DNA from: Thermomicrobiales bacterium
GTDB lineage: Bacteria > Chloroflexota > Chloroflexia > Thermomicrobiales > UBA6265
Length of the DNA: 45,581 bases
Assembly (NCBI GenBank): GCA_035540335.1
Contig: DATLHE010000178.1
Coordinates: 1 to 45,581 of the forward strand
Direction: 5' to 3'
A program made the translations under genes and the position numbers. Under the pieces are notes generated by a model, which had not been told where the DNA came from, did not search any database, and saw only the letters and a list, made by a program, of their open reading frames with translations. Each line of letters opens with the position of its first letter. The first letter of the stretch is position 1. Shown here piece after piece: positions 24,172-32,003 of this stretch.

Positions 24172-26238
24172 TCAGTCTCCTGTGCCTTCGGCGAAGAGGA
24201 TGTAGCCGGGGTCCTGGCCGGGGACGGTGTTTGGCACCTCGGTCCAGTCACCGTCAGGCGCGGAGAGGTCGAGCAGCCAGCGGGTCCGTGATTCGTCGCC
24301 CTGCGATGAGAGCGAGAGGAACGAGCCGTCCCGCGAGAGCACCACGGTCGCGGCGCTCCGTGCCGCGTTTGGTGGCGTGATCTGCTCGATGACCGGTGGT
24401 CCGTTCCGCGTCTGAACCACGGAAATGTGCTGCGAGCCAATCGTGTAGGCCATCGTCGTGCCGTCGCCAGAGGCTGTGATGGAGTTCTTGCCGATCGCCA
24501 TGGACCCAGCGTTGTTGGGGTTCGGAACGTCCTCCAGCTCATTGACGAGGTCGCCCGAGACCGGATCATGGACGCGAATCGTGACCGTGCCTCCATCCAT
24601 ACCTATGTAGTCGTACATGAAGAGGGCGTTCGTGCTGGTGATCCACGAGATGCTGTTGCCGAGCTCCATGCCCTCGAACTCATGTGTTTCGCCCGTGGCG
24701 ACGTTCACCGAGAAGACCTTGTCCACGTCCGTCGAGGCCGGGTCGGCGTCGGAGCCGTGATCCGCGCGGATGGTCGCGACCACGACATCAGGATCCGGCG
24801 TCGTGCGAAGTCCGGCGATCGTCTGATCTGTGTCGAGCACTGTCCCCGGCTCGGCGTTGAGCTCGGCTTTCAGCACCTGCACGTCGTTGCCCGCCGCGTA
24901 GCTGATCGCGCTGCCCTCCTGCACCCAGGCCATGAAGGGCTGCCAGGCGTCCGGGATGCTGGGCGACTGGGCGACCGCCGCGCCATCGGCTGTGTCGACA
25001 ATGCCGTAGGTGATCGAATCGCCCTGGTTGCCGATTGTCAGGGCGGCGTGGCTGCCGTCCGGTGAGAGGGCCATCGCGGTGACGAGGGGCAGGTCCTCGC
25101 TGAGGGTGATCCAGTGCGTGTCGTCGAACGAGTCGCCGAGCAGCAGCAGGTCGCCAGGCGCGCCGGTGTTGGTCTTGAGCCGGCCCCCATACACGGTTTG
25201 GGCGAAGCCGAGCGCCACGGTGCCGTCGTCGGCCGGGGTAGAGAGCATCACCGCCACATCGGCTGGCGCCGGGATGCCGGCCATTGCGCTCAGCGGGCGC
25301 GACTCCATCGTCCTCAAGTCGAGGACCGCAAGCTCGGAGGGATCATCCGCCAGCGGGCCGACGACCCACGGGCTGCCGTCCACGGAGTAGGTCATCACCG
25401 ACCGCGCCTCCGAGTCGTCGGTGGGTTTCCCGAACATCACCATGTCGCCGCTCGCGACGCTGACGTAGCCGCTCAGCAGGTTCGCAAGGTCATCCTCGCC
25501 CGGTGGCAAGACTGCGAGGCTCACCGTTCCGGGCCAGGGACCGGGTGAGGCCGAGATGACGTTGGACGAAAGCACCCAGTTCGGCTCGCCCGCACACGTG
25601 AGCTTGAGATCACCACGAGGATCGATGCCGGTCGTGTCGTAGCGGGAGATGATCAATGACGTCGTCTCGACCGGCGAGTTTGGGTCCGCGACATCGGGAA
25701 TGATCGGGATGTCGCCGCTGAGATCGCAGGCGGTGATTGGCGCGGGGGTGGCGGCGGGCGCCGTGATCGTCTCCCGCGTCGAGGGCTGCATCGCGACGCC
25801 GGGGATGGTCGCCGGGTCGTCGTTCCCGCCGCCTCCGGTGCCGAAATCGCCGTCGAAGACGCGCCAGATGCCGAAACCGGCGAGGATGACCAGTGCCGCG
25901 AGGGCGATGTTGGCCGCGTGCGACCACGCCATACGCCGGAAGAGCGGCGTGGATCGGGGTTTCGCGGCAGTGCCTCCCCTGTGTGGCGCGGGCCAGGGGT
26001 TCGGGATCGCGTGTGCGTCGGGTGTTGGGGCAGAAGTCATGATGTCCTCCCAGATCTGTGATTTGAGGTCGAGAGGCATCGTGGGGAGATCGTCTGGCCC
26101 GCGCAGCGCGCGCTGGACGCAAACGAAGGTCGCTTCGAGCTCGTTTCGCGGTGCGCGATCGACTCCGTCGGCGATCTGCTCGCCGAAGTCCATGAACGCA
26201 TGCTCGTCCGAATCGAACTGTCGTCTCTGGTTGCTCAT
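24172..26238 (-). CDS. Putative anti-sigma factor: single-pass membrane protein with an extracytoplasmic PD40/TolB-like beta-propeller region
   Basis: The start MSNQRRQFDSDEHAF.. (ATG 26238) overlaps the sigma-factor stop as ATGA. It has an ~85-aa cytoplasmic head and the TM AANIALAALVILAGFGIWRVF. The ~570-aa outside region has recurring S(P/R/V)DGS motifs (SVDGSPWVV, SPDGSHAAL, SRDGSFLSL). No HxxxCxxC zinc motif is present. Confidence 0.7.
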   Translation of the reverse strand: MSNQRRQFDSDEHAFMDFGEQIADGVDRAPRNELEATFVCVQRALRGPDDLPTMPLDLKSQIWEDIMTSAPTPDAHAIPNPWPAPHRGGTAAKPRSTPLFRRMAWSHAANIALAALVILAGFGIWRVFDGDFGTGGGGNDDPATIPGVAMQPSTRETITAPAATPAPITACDLSGDIPIIPDVADPNSPVETTSLIISRYDTTGIDPRGDLKLTCAGEPNWVLSSNVISASPGPWPGTVSLAVLPPGEDDLANLLSGYVSVASGDMVMFGKPTDDSEARSVMTYSVDGSPWVVGPLADDPSELAVLDLRTMESRPLSAMAGIPAPADVAVMLSTPADDGTVALGFAQTVYGGRLKTNTGAPGDLLLLGDSFDDTHWITLSEDLPLVTAMALSPDGSHAALTIGNQGDSITYGIVDTADGAAVAQSPSIPDAWQPFMAWVQEGSAISYAAGNDVQVLKAELNAEPGTVLDTDQTIAGLRTTPDPDVVVATIRADHGSDADPASTDVDKVFSVNVATGETHEFEGMELGNSISWITSTNALFMYDYIGMDGGTVTIRVHDPVSGDLVNELEDVPNPNNAGSMAIGKNSITASGDGTTMAYTIGSQHISVVQTRNGPPVIEQITPPNAARSAATVVLSRDGSFLSLSSQGDESRTRWLLDLSAPDGDWTEVPNTVPGQDPGYILFAEGTGD

Positions 26239-26915
26239 GCTGACGTGTCCTGGTCGTCGTGCGGGTCGCCAAGCAGCTCGCGCAGGCGGACGTAGGCGCG
26301 GAAGTGCGCGGTGCGGACGGCGCCGATGCTCATCTGCAGGAGGCGGGCGATCTCGGCGCCCTTCGCGCCGATAGCGCACAGCTCCACGATCTGCCGTTGC
26401 TTCTCCGGCAGCTGGGCCAGCGCCCGCTCGATGCGGCGTCGCTCGTCGGCCGCGATCGCGGCGTCCTCGGGCGACCGGCTGCGGTCCACCAGCCACGGCT
26501 GCGCGGCCGGGGCGTCGAGCGCGGTCGTCGGCCGGTGGCGGCGCGTCTCGTCGATGACGACGTTGCGGGCGATCGTCATCAGCCAGGCGCGGAACGTCGT
26601 GCCGTCGCCGCGGCGCTCCGGCCGGAACCGGGGTAGGGCGGCGAGCGCCCGGGAGAACGTCTGGCTGGTGGCGTCCGCCGCGCGCTCGGGGTCGCCGAGC
26701 CGGCTCAGGGCGTATTTCCAGACGAGGTCGGCGTAGACCTCGTAGAGCGGGGCGAAGGCGCGTGGGTCCCTGCGCGCCCGCTCGACGTGGACGAGCTCCC
26801 ACTCCCACGTCGCGCCGTCATCCGTCCGATGGGCGGCGCGATCCGGTGGCGATGTGCGTTTGTGACTCTCTCCCGAGAAGGAGGCTGTCCGCGCGGACAG
26901 CTCGATCTTCCCCAC
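26235..26915 (-). CDS. ECF-type RNA polymerase sigma factor (sigma-70 family, regions 2 and 4)
   Basis: Region 2 is FAPLYEVYADLVWKYALSRLGDPERAADATSQTF. Region 4 is LPEKQRQIVELCAIGAKGAEIARLLQMSIGAVRTAHFRAYVRLRE. No in-frame ATG lies upstream of region 2 before the trxA overlap. GTG at 26915 (VGKIELS..), preceded by AGGAGAG 11 nt upstream, is the best start. Confidence 0.8.
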   Translation of the reverse strand: MGKIELSARTASFSGESHKRTSPPDRAAHRTDDGATWEWELVHVERARRDPRAFAPLYEVYADLVWKYALSRLGDPERAADATSQTFSRALAALPRFRPERRGDGTTFRAWLMTIARNVVIDETRRHRPTTALDAPAAQPWLVDRSRSPEDAAIAADERRRIERALAQLPEKQRQIVELCAIGAKGAEIARLLQMSIGAVRTAHFRAYVRLRELLGDPHDDQDTSA

Positions 26916-27229
26916 AGTGCTCTCGACTCTCCTCGCTGCGGTGTCGACGTCGACGGCCGGTTCATGTGCACATCTGGTTAACGGGGACGGTGTGGAAACA
27001 TTACACGCTGGGAGTGGTCTTGGCCGAGGGACGTCCGTGGTCTGTAGGGGAGGACTTGAACGCGCTTCTGATCCCTCGTGAACAACCACCGAATGCGCGT
27101 TCAATGTCCTCCCGTTCCCGCCGAGCGCGAGCGGGACGACATTGGATGCGCAGGCTGTTGCGGCCCGCGTCGGCTCCCATGCGCATCCAAGTCGTCCCCT
27201 ACAGCCTTGGGTTGTTCTCACGACGACAC

Positions 27230-27265
27230 AAAAACGCCCGGACGGAATTCCCGTCCGGGCGTTTA
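27230..27265 (-). terminator. Intrinsic (bidirectional-looking) terminator downstream of trxA
   Basis: AAAAACGCCCGGACGG-aattc-CCGTCCGGGCGTTT. On the minus strand the 12-bp stem is followed by TTTTTGTGT. It lies 19 nt after the trxA stop. Confidence 0.85.
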
Positions 27266-27283
27266 GGGGCAGGTGTCTGGGTG

Positions 27284-27610
27284 TTAGCCGAGATGGGGCT
27301 CGAGGCGGTCCATGATCATCTGCTTCGGCATGGCGCCGATGATCTTGTCGACCGGCTGGCCGCCCTTGTAGAGGATCATCGTCGGGATGTTGAAGACGCC
27401 AAGCTGGCCAGCGTACTGCTGGTTCTCGTCGACGTTGACCTTCACGATCTTGATCTTGTCCGGCTGCTCGGCGGCGATCTCCTCCAGCACCGGGCCGACG
27501 ATCCGGCAGGGGCCGCACCATGGCGCCCAGAAGTCGACCAGCACAGGCGTCTCGGAATCGATGACTTCCTGCTGGTAGGTGCTGTCTGTAACGGTAACGG
27601 GCTTCGACAT
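27284..27610 (-). CDS. trxA: Thioredoxin
   Basis: MSKPVTVTDSTYQQEVIDSETPVLVDFWAPWCGPCR.. contains the WCGPC active site. Length is 108 aa. GGAGGAA RBS lies upstream of the ATG at 27610. The longer 180-aa track ORF is an N-terminal over-extension. Confidence 0.93.
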   Translation of the reverse strand: MSKPVTVTDSTYQQEVIDSETPVLVDFWAPWCGPCRIVGPVLEEIAAEQPDKIKIVKVNVDENQQYAGQLGVFNIPTMILYKGGQPVDKIIGAMPKQMIMDRLEPHLG

Positions 27611-27653
27611 GGGTTCCTCCGCCAGTGGTGGCAAAACGATTGTTACTTCCCTA

Positions 27654-27662
27654 ATGATACCA
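27654..27662 (-). promoter_or_regulatory. Candidate extended -10 element for trxA
   Basis: The minus strand reads TGGTATCAT (TGnTAnnAT), about 45 nt upstream of the trxA ATG, in an AT-enriched divergent spacer. There is no clear -35. Confidence 0.3.
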
Positions 27663-27743
27663 TAGCGTGCAAGCGCAATGTCTCTCGCAACGTCACGCAC
27701 GCGTGATGCCAAGGGCGATTCTGCCTCTATACTACGTGGCGGT

Positions 27744-28886
27744 ATGACGCACGGCAACGGGCCATCTGGCCACCCCCTCACCATCGCGCTCGACGGCAGC
27801 TTCCTCGCGATGCCCTTCTCCGGCATCGGGACCTACCTGCGTGGGCTGCTGGATGCCTTCGCGGCCGACGCGGACACGCTCGGCGTCGATGTCCGCGTGA
27901 TCGAGCCCGCGCCGGGGCGACTGCTGCATCCCGGGAGCAAGGCGCACCGCTTCCTCTGGGACGCGGCGGGGGTGACCGGCGGGCTGCTGCGCGCGGGACG
28001 CCCGCGACCCGCGCTCCTGCACCTGCCGCAGATGTCGGCGCCGCTCTTGTCGCCGGTGCCGGTGGTGGCGACAATCCACGACGTGATCCCCTTCCTCCTC
28101 GACGACTACCGCGCCAGCCGCGCGATGCGGATCTACCTGGCGACGATGGCGCGCTCCGTCCGGAAGGCGAGGCGGGTCATCGTGCCATCGGAATCCGCCC
28201 GCAAGGACGTCCAGCACGTGCTCAAGATCCCCCCCGACCGGATCAGGGTCATCCCCGAGGCGGCAGGGGCGGACCTTGGCCCGGCGACGGACGGTGGCGC
28301 ACGGGCGGAGGTCCGGGAACGATGGGGCCTCACCGGCCGCTACCTCTTCAACATCGGCGGCTTCGACCGGCGCAAGAACCTGCCGCTGCTGCTGGAGGCG
28401 TTCGCGATGGCGCTGCCGACGTTGCCGCCGGACGCGAAGCTGGTGATCGCCGGCGCGCCGCACACGGACAACCCGCGCGTGTTTCCGCCGCTGGACCCGC
28501 TGATCCGGCTCTATCAGCTCGAAGAGCGCGTGGTGCGGACCGGGCGCGTCTCCGACGACGAGCGGCGGTGGCTCTACCAGGCCGCGCACGCCTACATCAC
28601 GCCGTCGATCTACGAGGGATTCGGGCTGACGCCGCTGGAGGCGATGGCCTGCGGCGTGCCGGCCATCGTGGCCGACCGGACGAGCCTGCCGGAGGTGGTG
28701 GGGGACGCCGGGTTCGCCGTGGAGCCGGTCGCCGGGGACCTTGCGGCGGCGATCCGCGCGCTGATGACGGACGACGCGCTGCGCGAGTCGCTGTCGCGGG
28801 CGAGCCTGGAGCGTGCGGGGACATTCACCTGGGCGAAGGCCGCCCGGGAGACCGCGGCGGTCTATCACGACGTCGCGGGGACATAG
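27744..28886 (+). CDS. GT4 (GT-B fold) glycosyltransferase
   Basis: LTIALDGSFLAMPFSGIGTY.. is the N-terminal strand. The C-terminal motif is EGFGLTPLEAMACGVPAIVADRTSLPEVVGDAG (E-x7-E). ATG 27744 gives the typical short N-terminus. ATG 27678 is the alternative. Confidence 0.85.
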   Translation: MTHGNGPSGHPLTIALDGSFLAMPFSGIGTYLRGLLDAFAADADTLGVDVRVIEPAPGRLLHPGSKAHRFLWDAAGVTGGLLRAGRPRPALLHLPQMSAPLLSPVPVVATIHDVIPFLLDDYRASRAMRIYLATMARSVRKARRVIVPSESARKDVQHVLKIPPDRIRVIPEAAGADLGPATDGGARAEVRERWGLTGRYLFNIGGFDRRKNLPLLLEAFAMALPTLPPDAKLVIAGAPHTDNPRVFPPLDPLIRLYQLEERVVRTGRVSDDERRWLYQAAHAYITPSIYEGFGLTPLEAMACGVPAIVADRTSLPEVVGDAGFAVEPVAGDLAAAIRALMTDDALRESLSRASLERAGTFTWAKAARETAAVYHDVAGT

Positions 28887-28929
28887 ACCTCCACCCGCCA
28901 TGGCGTCTGGTCGCCACCCACGGTGACGT

Positions 28930-29185
28930 TGCCGCGCACCCGCAGGGTGTGCGCCCTGGGACCGCCACCGGCCGCGGCTGCGGGCGGTGGCCGACCTCTC
29001 CGCCGAAGATGGCCACATCCCCTCTACATCCATAATGTGGCCACCTGGCAGCCTTCCATAACGACGCGAAGGCTGCCACATACCCTGGCGCCCTTGGCAG
29101 CCTTGAAGTGCCCGCCATATCAAGGAAAACGGCCAAGGCTGCCAACGGCCACGTTGTTTACGTTGGCAGCCTTCCATAACGCGTT
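28930..29185. repeat. Repeat cluster with five alternating copies of TGGCAGCCTT
   Basis: Inverted GCGCAC hairpin module at 28932-28954. GGCCGCGGCTGCGGGCGGTGGCCGACCT at about 28968-28995 is the reverse complement of about 42038-42065. A ~48-nt module at 29013-29060 is the reverse complement of about 41843-41900. Perfect TGGCAGCCTT or its complement lies at 29046, 29069, 29095, 29135 and 29164 (orientations + - + - +). The 17-mer GGCAGCCTTCCATAACG lies at 29047-29063 and 29165-29181. Confidence 0.9.
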
Positions 29186-29235
29186 GAGAGTATGGCGGGA
29201 AGACCCCGGACACGAGGTCCGGGGCTACGGAGCGG

Positions 29236-30366
29236 TCATCCTGCCGGTTGGCATCCCGAGCTGAGGAAGAGCAGGAGCTCGACCTGGCCGCTGGGTGTCG
29301 CACCCGGCAGGGCGACAGAGTCGAAGGCGAGCTTCTGATCGCCGCCATTCGCGGGTTCAGGCAGGAGCTGCGGGAAGTCCTGCTCGATCATGGCGCCGAT
29401 GCGTTTGGAGAGATTCGCACCGGTAGGAACGTCGGGCGCATTCGATGAGATCAGCACGAAGCCGATGCGGCAGTTTTGACCGTTGATGTAGGGTGCCAAG
29501 GCATCATCCAGTGCCTGCTGCGCATCATTGAGCGCGCCCTCATCGCCGGCCAATACGCCTTGCAGGTCGACCTGTAAGGTCTCGGTCACGGCGTCCGGGT
29601 TGAGCGAGTTCAGCTGCACCTGCTGCTGTGCCTGCGAAAGCTGGCTCTGCGCCGCGGCGGACGTCGCCTCGGCGGACTCCACGCGCGACGAGGACGCCGC
29701 GGCGGTGGCTTGCGCGGATTCGAGGTTGGACTGCGCGGCGGCGGATTGCGCCTCGCTGGTCGCCAGCGCGTCGGCATTGCTCTGGAGCTGATCCTGGAGC
29801 GCGACCATCGTGCCCTGCGCATTGACGCCGCTCGCGGCGTTCTCGGTCGCTTGCGCCTGGAGCCGGGCCTGCTCGGTACCCTGTGCCTGGATCTGCTCGG
29901 CGACCGTCGTCGCCTGCGCCACGCTGGTGGCGAGCTGGTTGTTCAGCGCTTGCTGATCGAGCTGCCGGGATGCCTGCTCGGTGGAGAGCGCCTCGATTGT
30001 CGCCTGGGCGACGACGGCGTCCTCGGTCGCGCGAGCGTCCTCGGTCGCCCGCTCGCTTTCGCTCAGGGCGGCGCGGGTCGACTCGGCCTCGGCCGTCTGC
30101 TGGGCGCTGGCCTCCTGTGCGGCGATCTGCTCGCGCAGCGCCTCGGCGGTCTGCTCGCTGGTGGTCTGCTGCATGGCGAGATCGGATTCGGCCGTCGCGA
30201 GGTAGTCCGGCGCGGGCGTCGGGGTGGGCGTGGGCGGCGGTGCGCCGACGGTGTTCGCCACGGCGAAGAGCATCGCGAGACCGAGCAGGAGGTCGGCAAA
30301 GAGCCAGCCACCGAGCACGATCATGTCCCGTCTGGTGCGCCTGCGGCGCTTGTATGGCTGCATCAA
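29236..30366 (-). CDS. Hypothetical single-pass membrane protein: MotB/PomB-like Asp-containing TM segment, Pro/Thr linker, ~250-aa Ala/Gln/Thr/Glu-rich coiled coil, ~110-aa C-terminal globular domain
   Basis: MMQPYKRRRRTRRDMIVLGGWLFADLLLGLAMLFAVANTVGAPPPTPTPTPAP.. The low-complexity helical region (..AQQTAEAESTRAALSESERATEDARATEDAVVAQATIEAL..) follows. The C-terminal domain contains ..CRIGFVLISSNAPDVPTGANLSKRIGAMIEQDF..GQVELLLFLSS. Codon usage resembles the neighbouring genes. Confidence 0.7.
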   Translation of the reverse strand: MMQPYKRRRRTRRDMIVLGGWLFADLLLGLAMLFAVANTVGAPPPTPTPTPAPDYLATAESDLAMQQTTSEQTAEALREQIAAQEASAQQTAEAESTRAALSESERATEDARATEDAVVAQATIEALSTEQASRQLDQQALNNQLATSVAQATTVAEQIQAQGTEQARLQAQATENAASGVNAQGTMVALQDQLQSNADALATSEAQSAAAQSNLESAQATAAASSSRVESAEATSAAAQSQLSQAQQQVQLNSLNPDAVTETLQVDLQGVLAGDEGALNDAQQALDDALAPYINGQNCRIGFVLISSNAPDVPTGANLSKRIGAMIEQDFPQLLPEPANGGDQKLAFDSVALPGATPSGQVELLLFLSSGCQPAG

Positions 30367-30416
30367 GGTCTCCGTCGATCGGGCAAGGCGAGTGTGTCAG
30401 GTTGCATGGTTGCGCG

Positions 30417-32003
30417 CTAGCTCCGGGACGAGCGGTTCCAGCGCGATCCTGCTTCGCCCTCCGACGGGGTCCGCGCGAGCTCGGCGCGCAGGGCGGTGGT
30501 GAACGCCTGCTGCAGATTCTCCGTGCTCGGCGTCTGCTGCACGAGCCGGTTGAGCGTGTTGGCGAGGCCGTCCAGCCGCTGCACGAGGTGCTGGAAATCC
30601 TGGTTCACCTCGCGTTGGCGCTGGGCGGTCGTGAGGCCGACATTGCCGAGCTCGCGGACGGTCTGCGAGATGTCCTTGGCGATGTCCGACTGCTGCGCGA
30701 GCAGGCCGTTCAGCGCGTTCGCCTGCTGCCCGGTCTGAACGCTGAGGCGCTCGAACTCCTCGCGGATCTTGGACAGGCCACCGCCGATGTCGTTGAGCGT
30801 GCGGGCCGTCGCATGCGAGCTGGCGGTGCTCGACCGGAGCGATTCGGAGAGCTGGCCGCTGGTGTCCGTCTGGGTCGTCAGTGCTTGCTCGACGCGCGCC
30901 TGGCTCTCCGCCACTTGCTGCGCGATCTGGCTGATGCCACGGATGGCGTCGACCGCGACGCGGCTCGCCTGGGCGGCATTCTCGGCGCCGGTGATCGCCT
31001 TGTCGGCGGTTTCGGCGAGGTTGTTCGCGGCGGTGGACATCTGGCGGGCGACCGCCTGGTCGCTCTGGATGGACGATGACGTCATCCGCTCCAGGTTCGA
31101 GACGGCGGTGAGGAGCGTGCGCTGCTGGTCGCCAGCGGCACCGACCTCCCCGGTGAGATCCTCCAGCGCGCGCTCGAGTCCGGACGAGACCTGGCGCAGA
31201 TCGACGAGGAGACGGTGCATCTCCTCGGCGCCGGCGCGCATGCCCGAGGCGAAGACGCCGAAGTCGGCGAACTCCTTCTCACGGCGCGTCGCCAGGTGAT
31301 CGAGGCGGTCGTGCTCGACCTGGAGCTGGTTGAGGAGCGACTGGCTGCTGCGCTCGAAGCGGTCGGCGAGGCGTTCGACGCTGTCGGCCAGCTGAAGCGG
31401 CCGCGACGACTTGTCGGTCGCGAGAAGAACGGTCGCCTCGGCGAGGGCGTTATCGAAATCGGCCTGGAACTCGGACGCGGTGTCGGCGATCAGGTCCTCC
31501 TGCCGCTCGCGCCGGCCGTGGGCGTAGAAGGTGAGCAGGATGATGACGATGATGACGACGGCATCGATGAGCGCCACGGTCGAGAACGTCGGCGACAGCC
31601 AGCTCGACTCGCCGCCGAAGCCCCGCTGCCAGAGCAGGAGGAACGGCTGGCCGGCCTGGTCGGGGTTCGCGGCGATGTAGCGCTCGTATGCGGTGGCGGC
31701 CTCGCCGAGCGCCGCCCACGTCAGCAGGATCGGCACGAGGACGAGGACGTTGCGGACCTTGTCCGCGATCTCGATCGTATTTGGCGCGTAGCCGCCTTCG
31801 CGGCGAACCGCGTAGGAGTGCGAGAGCCGGTCGGTGTTGAAGGCCCGGCTCAGGTCGACATCCGACCAGCGCATGCGGCCGGACTCGGTCGTCAACGACG
31901 TGGCGAGCTCGCGGAGACGCCGCGCGGACCGTGGGTCGACCTCGTTCAACGAGGCGGCGATGCCATCGATCTGGTCTGCTACTTCCGGCGCGGGGGCTGA
32001 CAT
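30417..32003 (-). CDS. Hypothetical membrane protein: ~110-aa cytoplasmic head, 2-TM hairpin, ~330-aa C-terminal coiled-coil tail
   Basis: I prefer the start MSAPAPEVADQ.. (ATG 32003) over the track start at 32120. The TMs are VRNVLVLVPILLTWAALGEAATAY and FSTVALIDAVVIIVIILLTFYAH; the second contains an Asp and is followed by GRRERQ. The long heptad-like tail (..LERALEDLTGEVGAAGDQQRTLLTAVSNLERM..QIAQQVAESQARVEQAL..) is predicted cytoplasmic by the positive-inside rule. Confidence 0.7.
   Translation of the reverse strand: MSAPAPEVADQIDGIAASLNEVDPRSARRLRELATSLTTESGRMRWSDVDLSRAFNTDRLSHSYAVRREGGYAPNTIEIADKVRNVLVLVPILLTWAALGEAATAYERYIAANPDQAGQPFLLLWQRGFGGESSWLSPTFSTVALIDAVVIIVIILLTFYAHGRRERQEDLIADTASEFQADFDNALAEATVLLATDKSSRPLQLADSVERLADRFERSSQSLLNQLQVEHDRLDHLATRREKEFADFGVFASGMRAGAEEMHRLLVDLRQVSSGLERALEDLTGEVGAAGDQQRTLLTAVSNLERMTSSSIQSDQAVARQMSTAANNLAETADKAITGAENAAQASRVAVDAIRGISQIAQQVAESQARVEQALTTQTDTSGQLSESLRSSTASSHATARTLNDIGGGLSKIREEFERLSVQTGQQANALNGLLAQQSDIAKDISQTVRELGNVGLTTAQRQREVNQDFQHLVQRLDGLANTLNRLVQQTPSTENLQQAFTTALRAELARTPSEGEAGSRWNRSSRS

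Noticed and set aside
29046-29063. Sigma-54 promoter, because TGGCAGCC resembles the -24 TGGCAC element.
   Set aside because: The required -12 TTGC element is absent at the correct spacing. The downstream sequence is CTTCCATAA. The motif also occurs in both orientations, in arrays, at gene 3' ends.
28930-29185. Possible CRISPR array, because of regularly recurring short repeats.
   Set aside because: The repeat unit is only 10-17 nt. Copies alternate in orientation, spacers are 13-30 nt and irregular, and no cas genes are present.
27732-29348. 538-aa minus-strand ORF spanning the GT4 gene and the repeat cluster.
   Set aside because: It is antisense to the GT4 gene, which carries the E-x7-E motif. 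It runs through the TGGCAGCCTT repeat array and has Arg/Pro/Gly-rich composition.
29883-31079. 398-aa plus-strand ORF, with other plus-strand ORFs, across the two coiled-coil genes.
   Set aside because: Its Arg/Ala/Pro/Ser-rich translation has no TM or domain logic. The minus-strand frames give coherent TM plus coiled-coil architectures and G/C-rich third positions.
29236-32003. Calling the two membrane coiled-coil genes a bona fide Zorya (zorAB) or flagellar stator (motAB) pair.
   Set aside because: Only the B-protein TM resembles MotB/PomB. The A protein has two TMs rather than three or four, and I see no MotA/ExbB motif. No ZorC, ZorD or ZorE-like helicase or nuclease gene is adjacent. 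I keep it as an architectural analogy only, in the findings.
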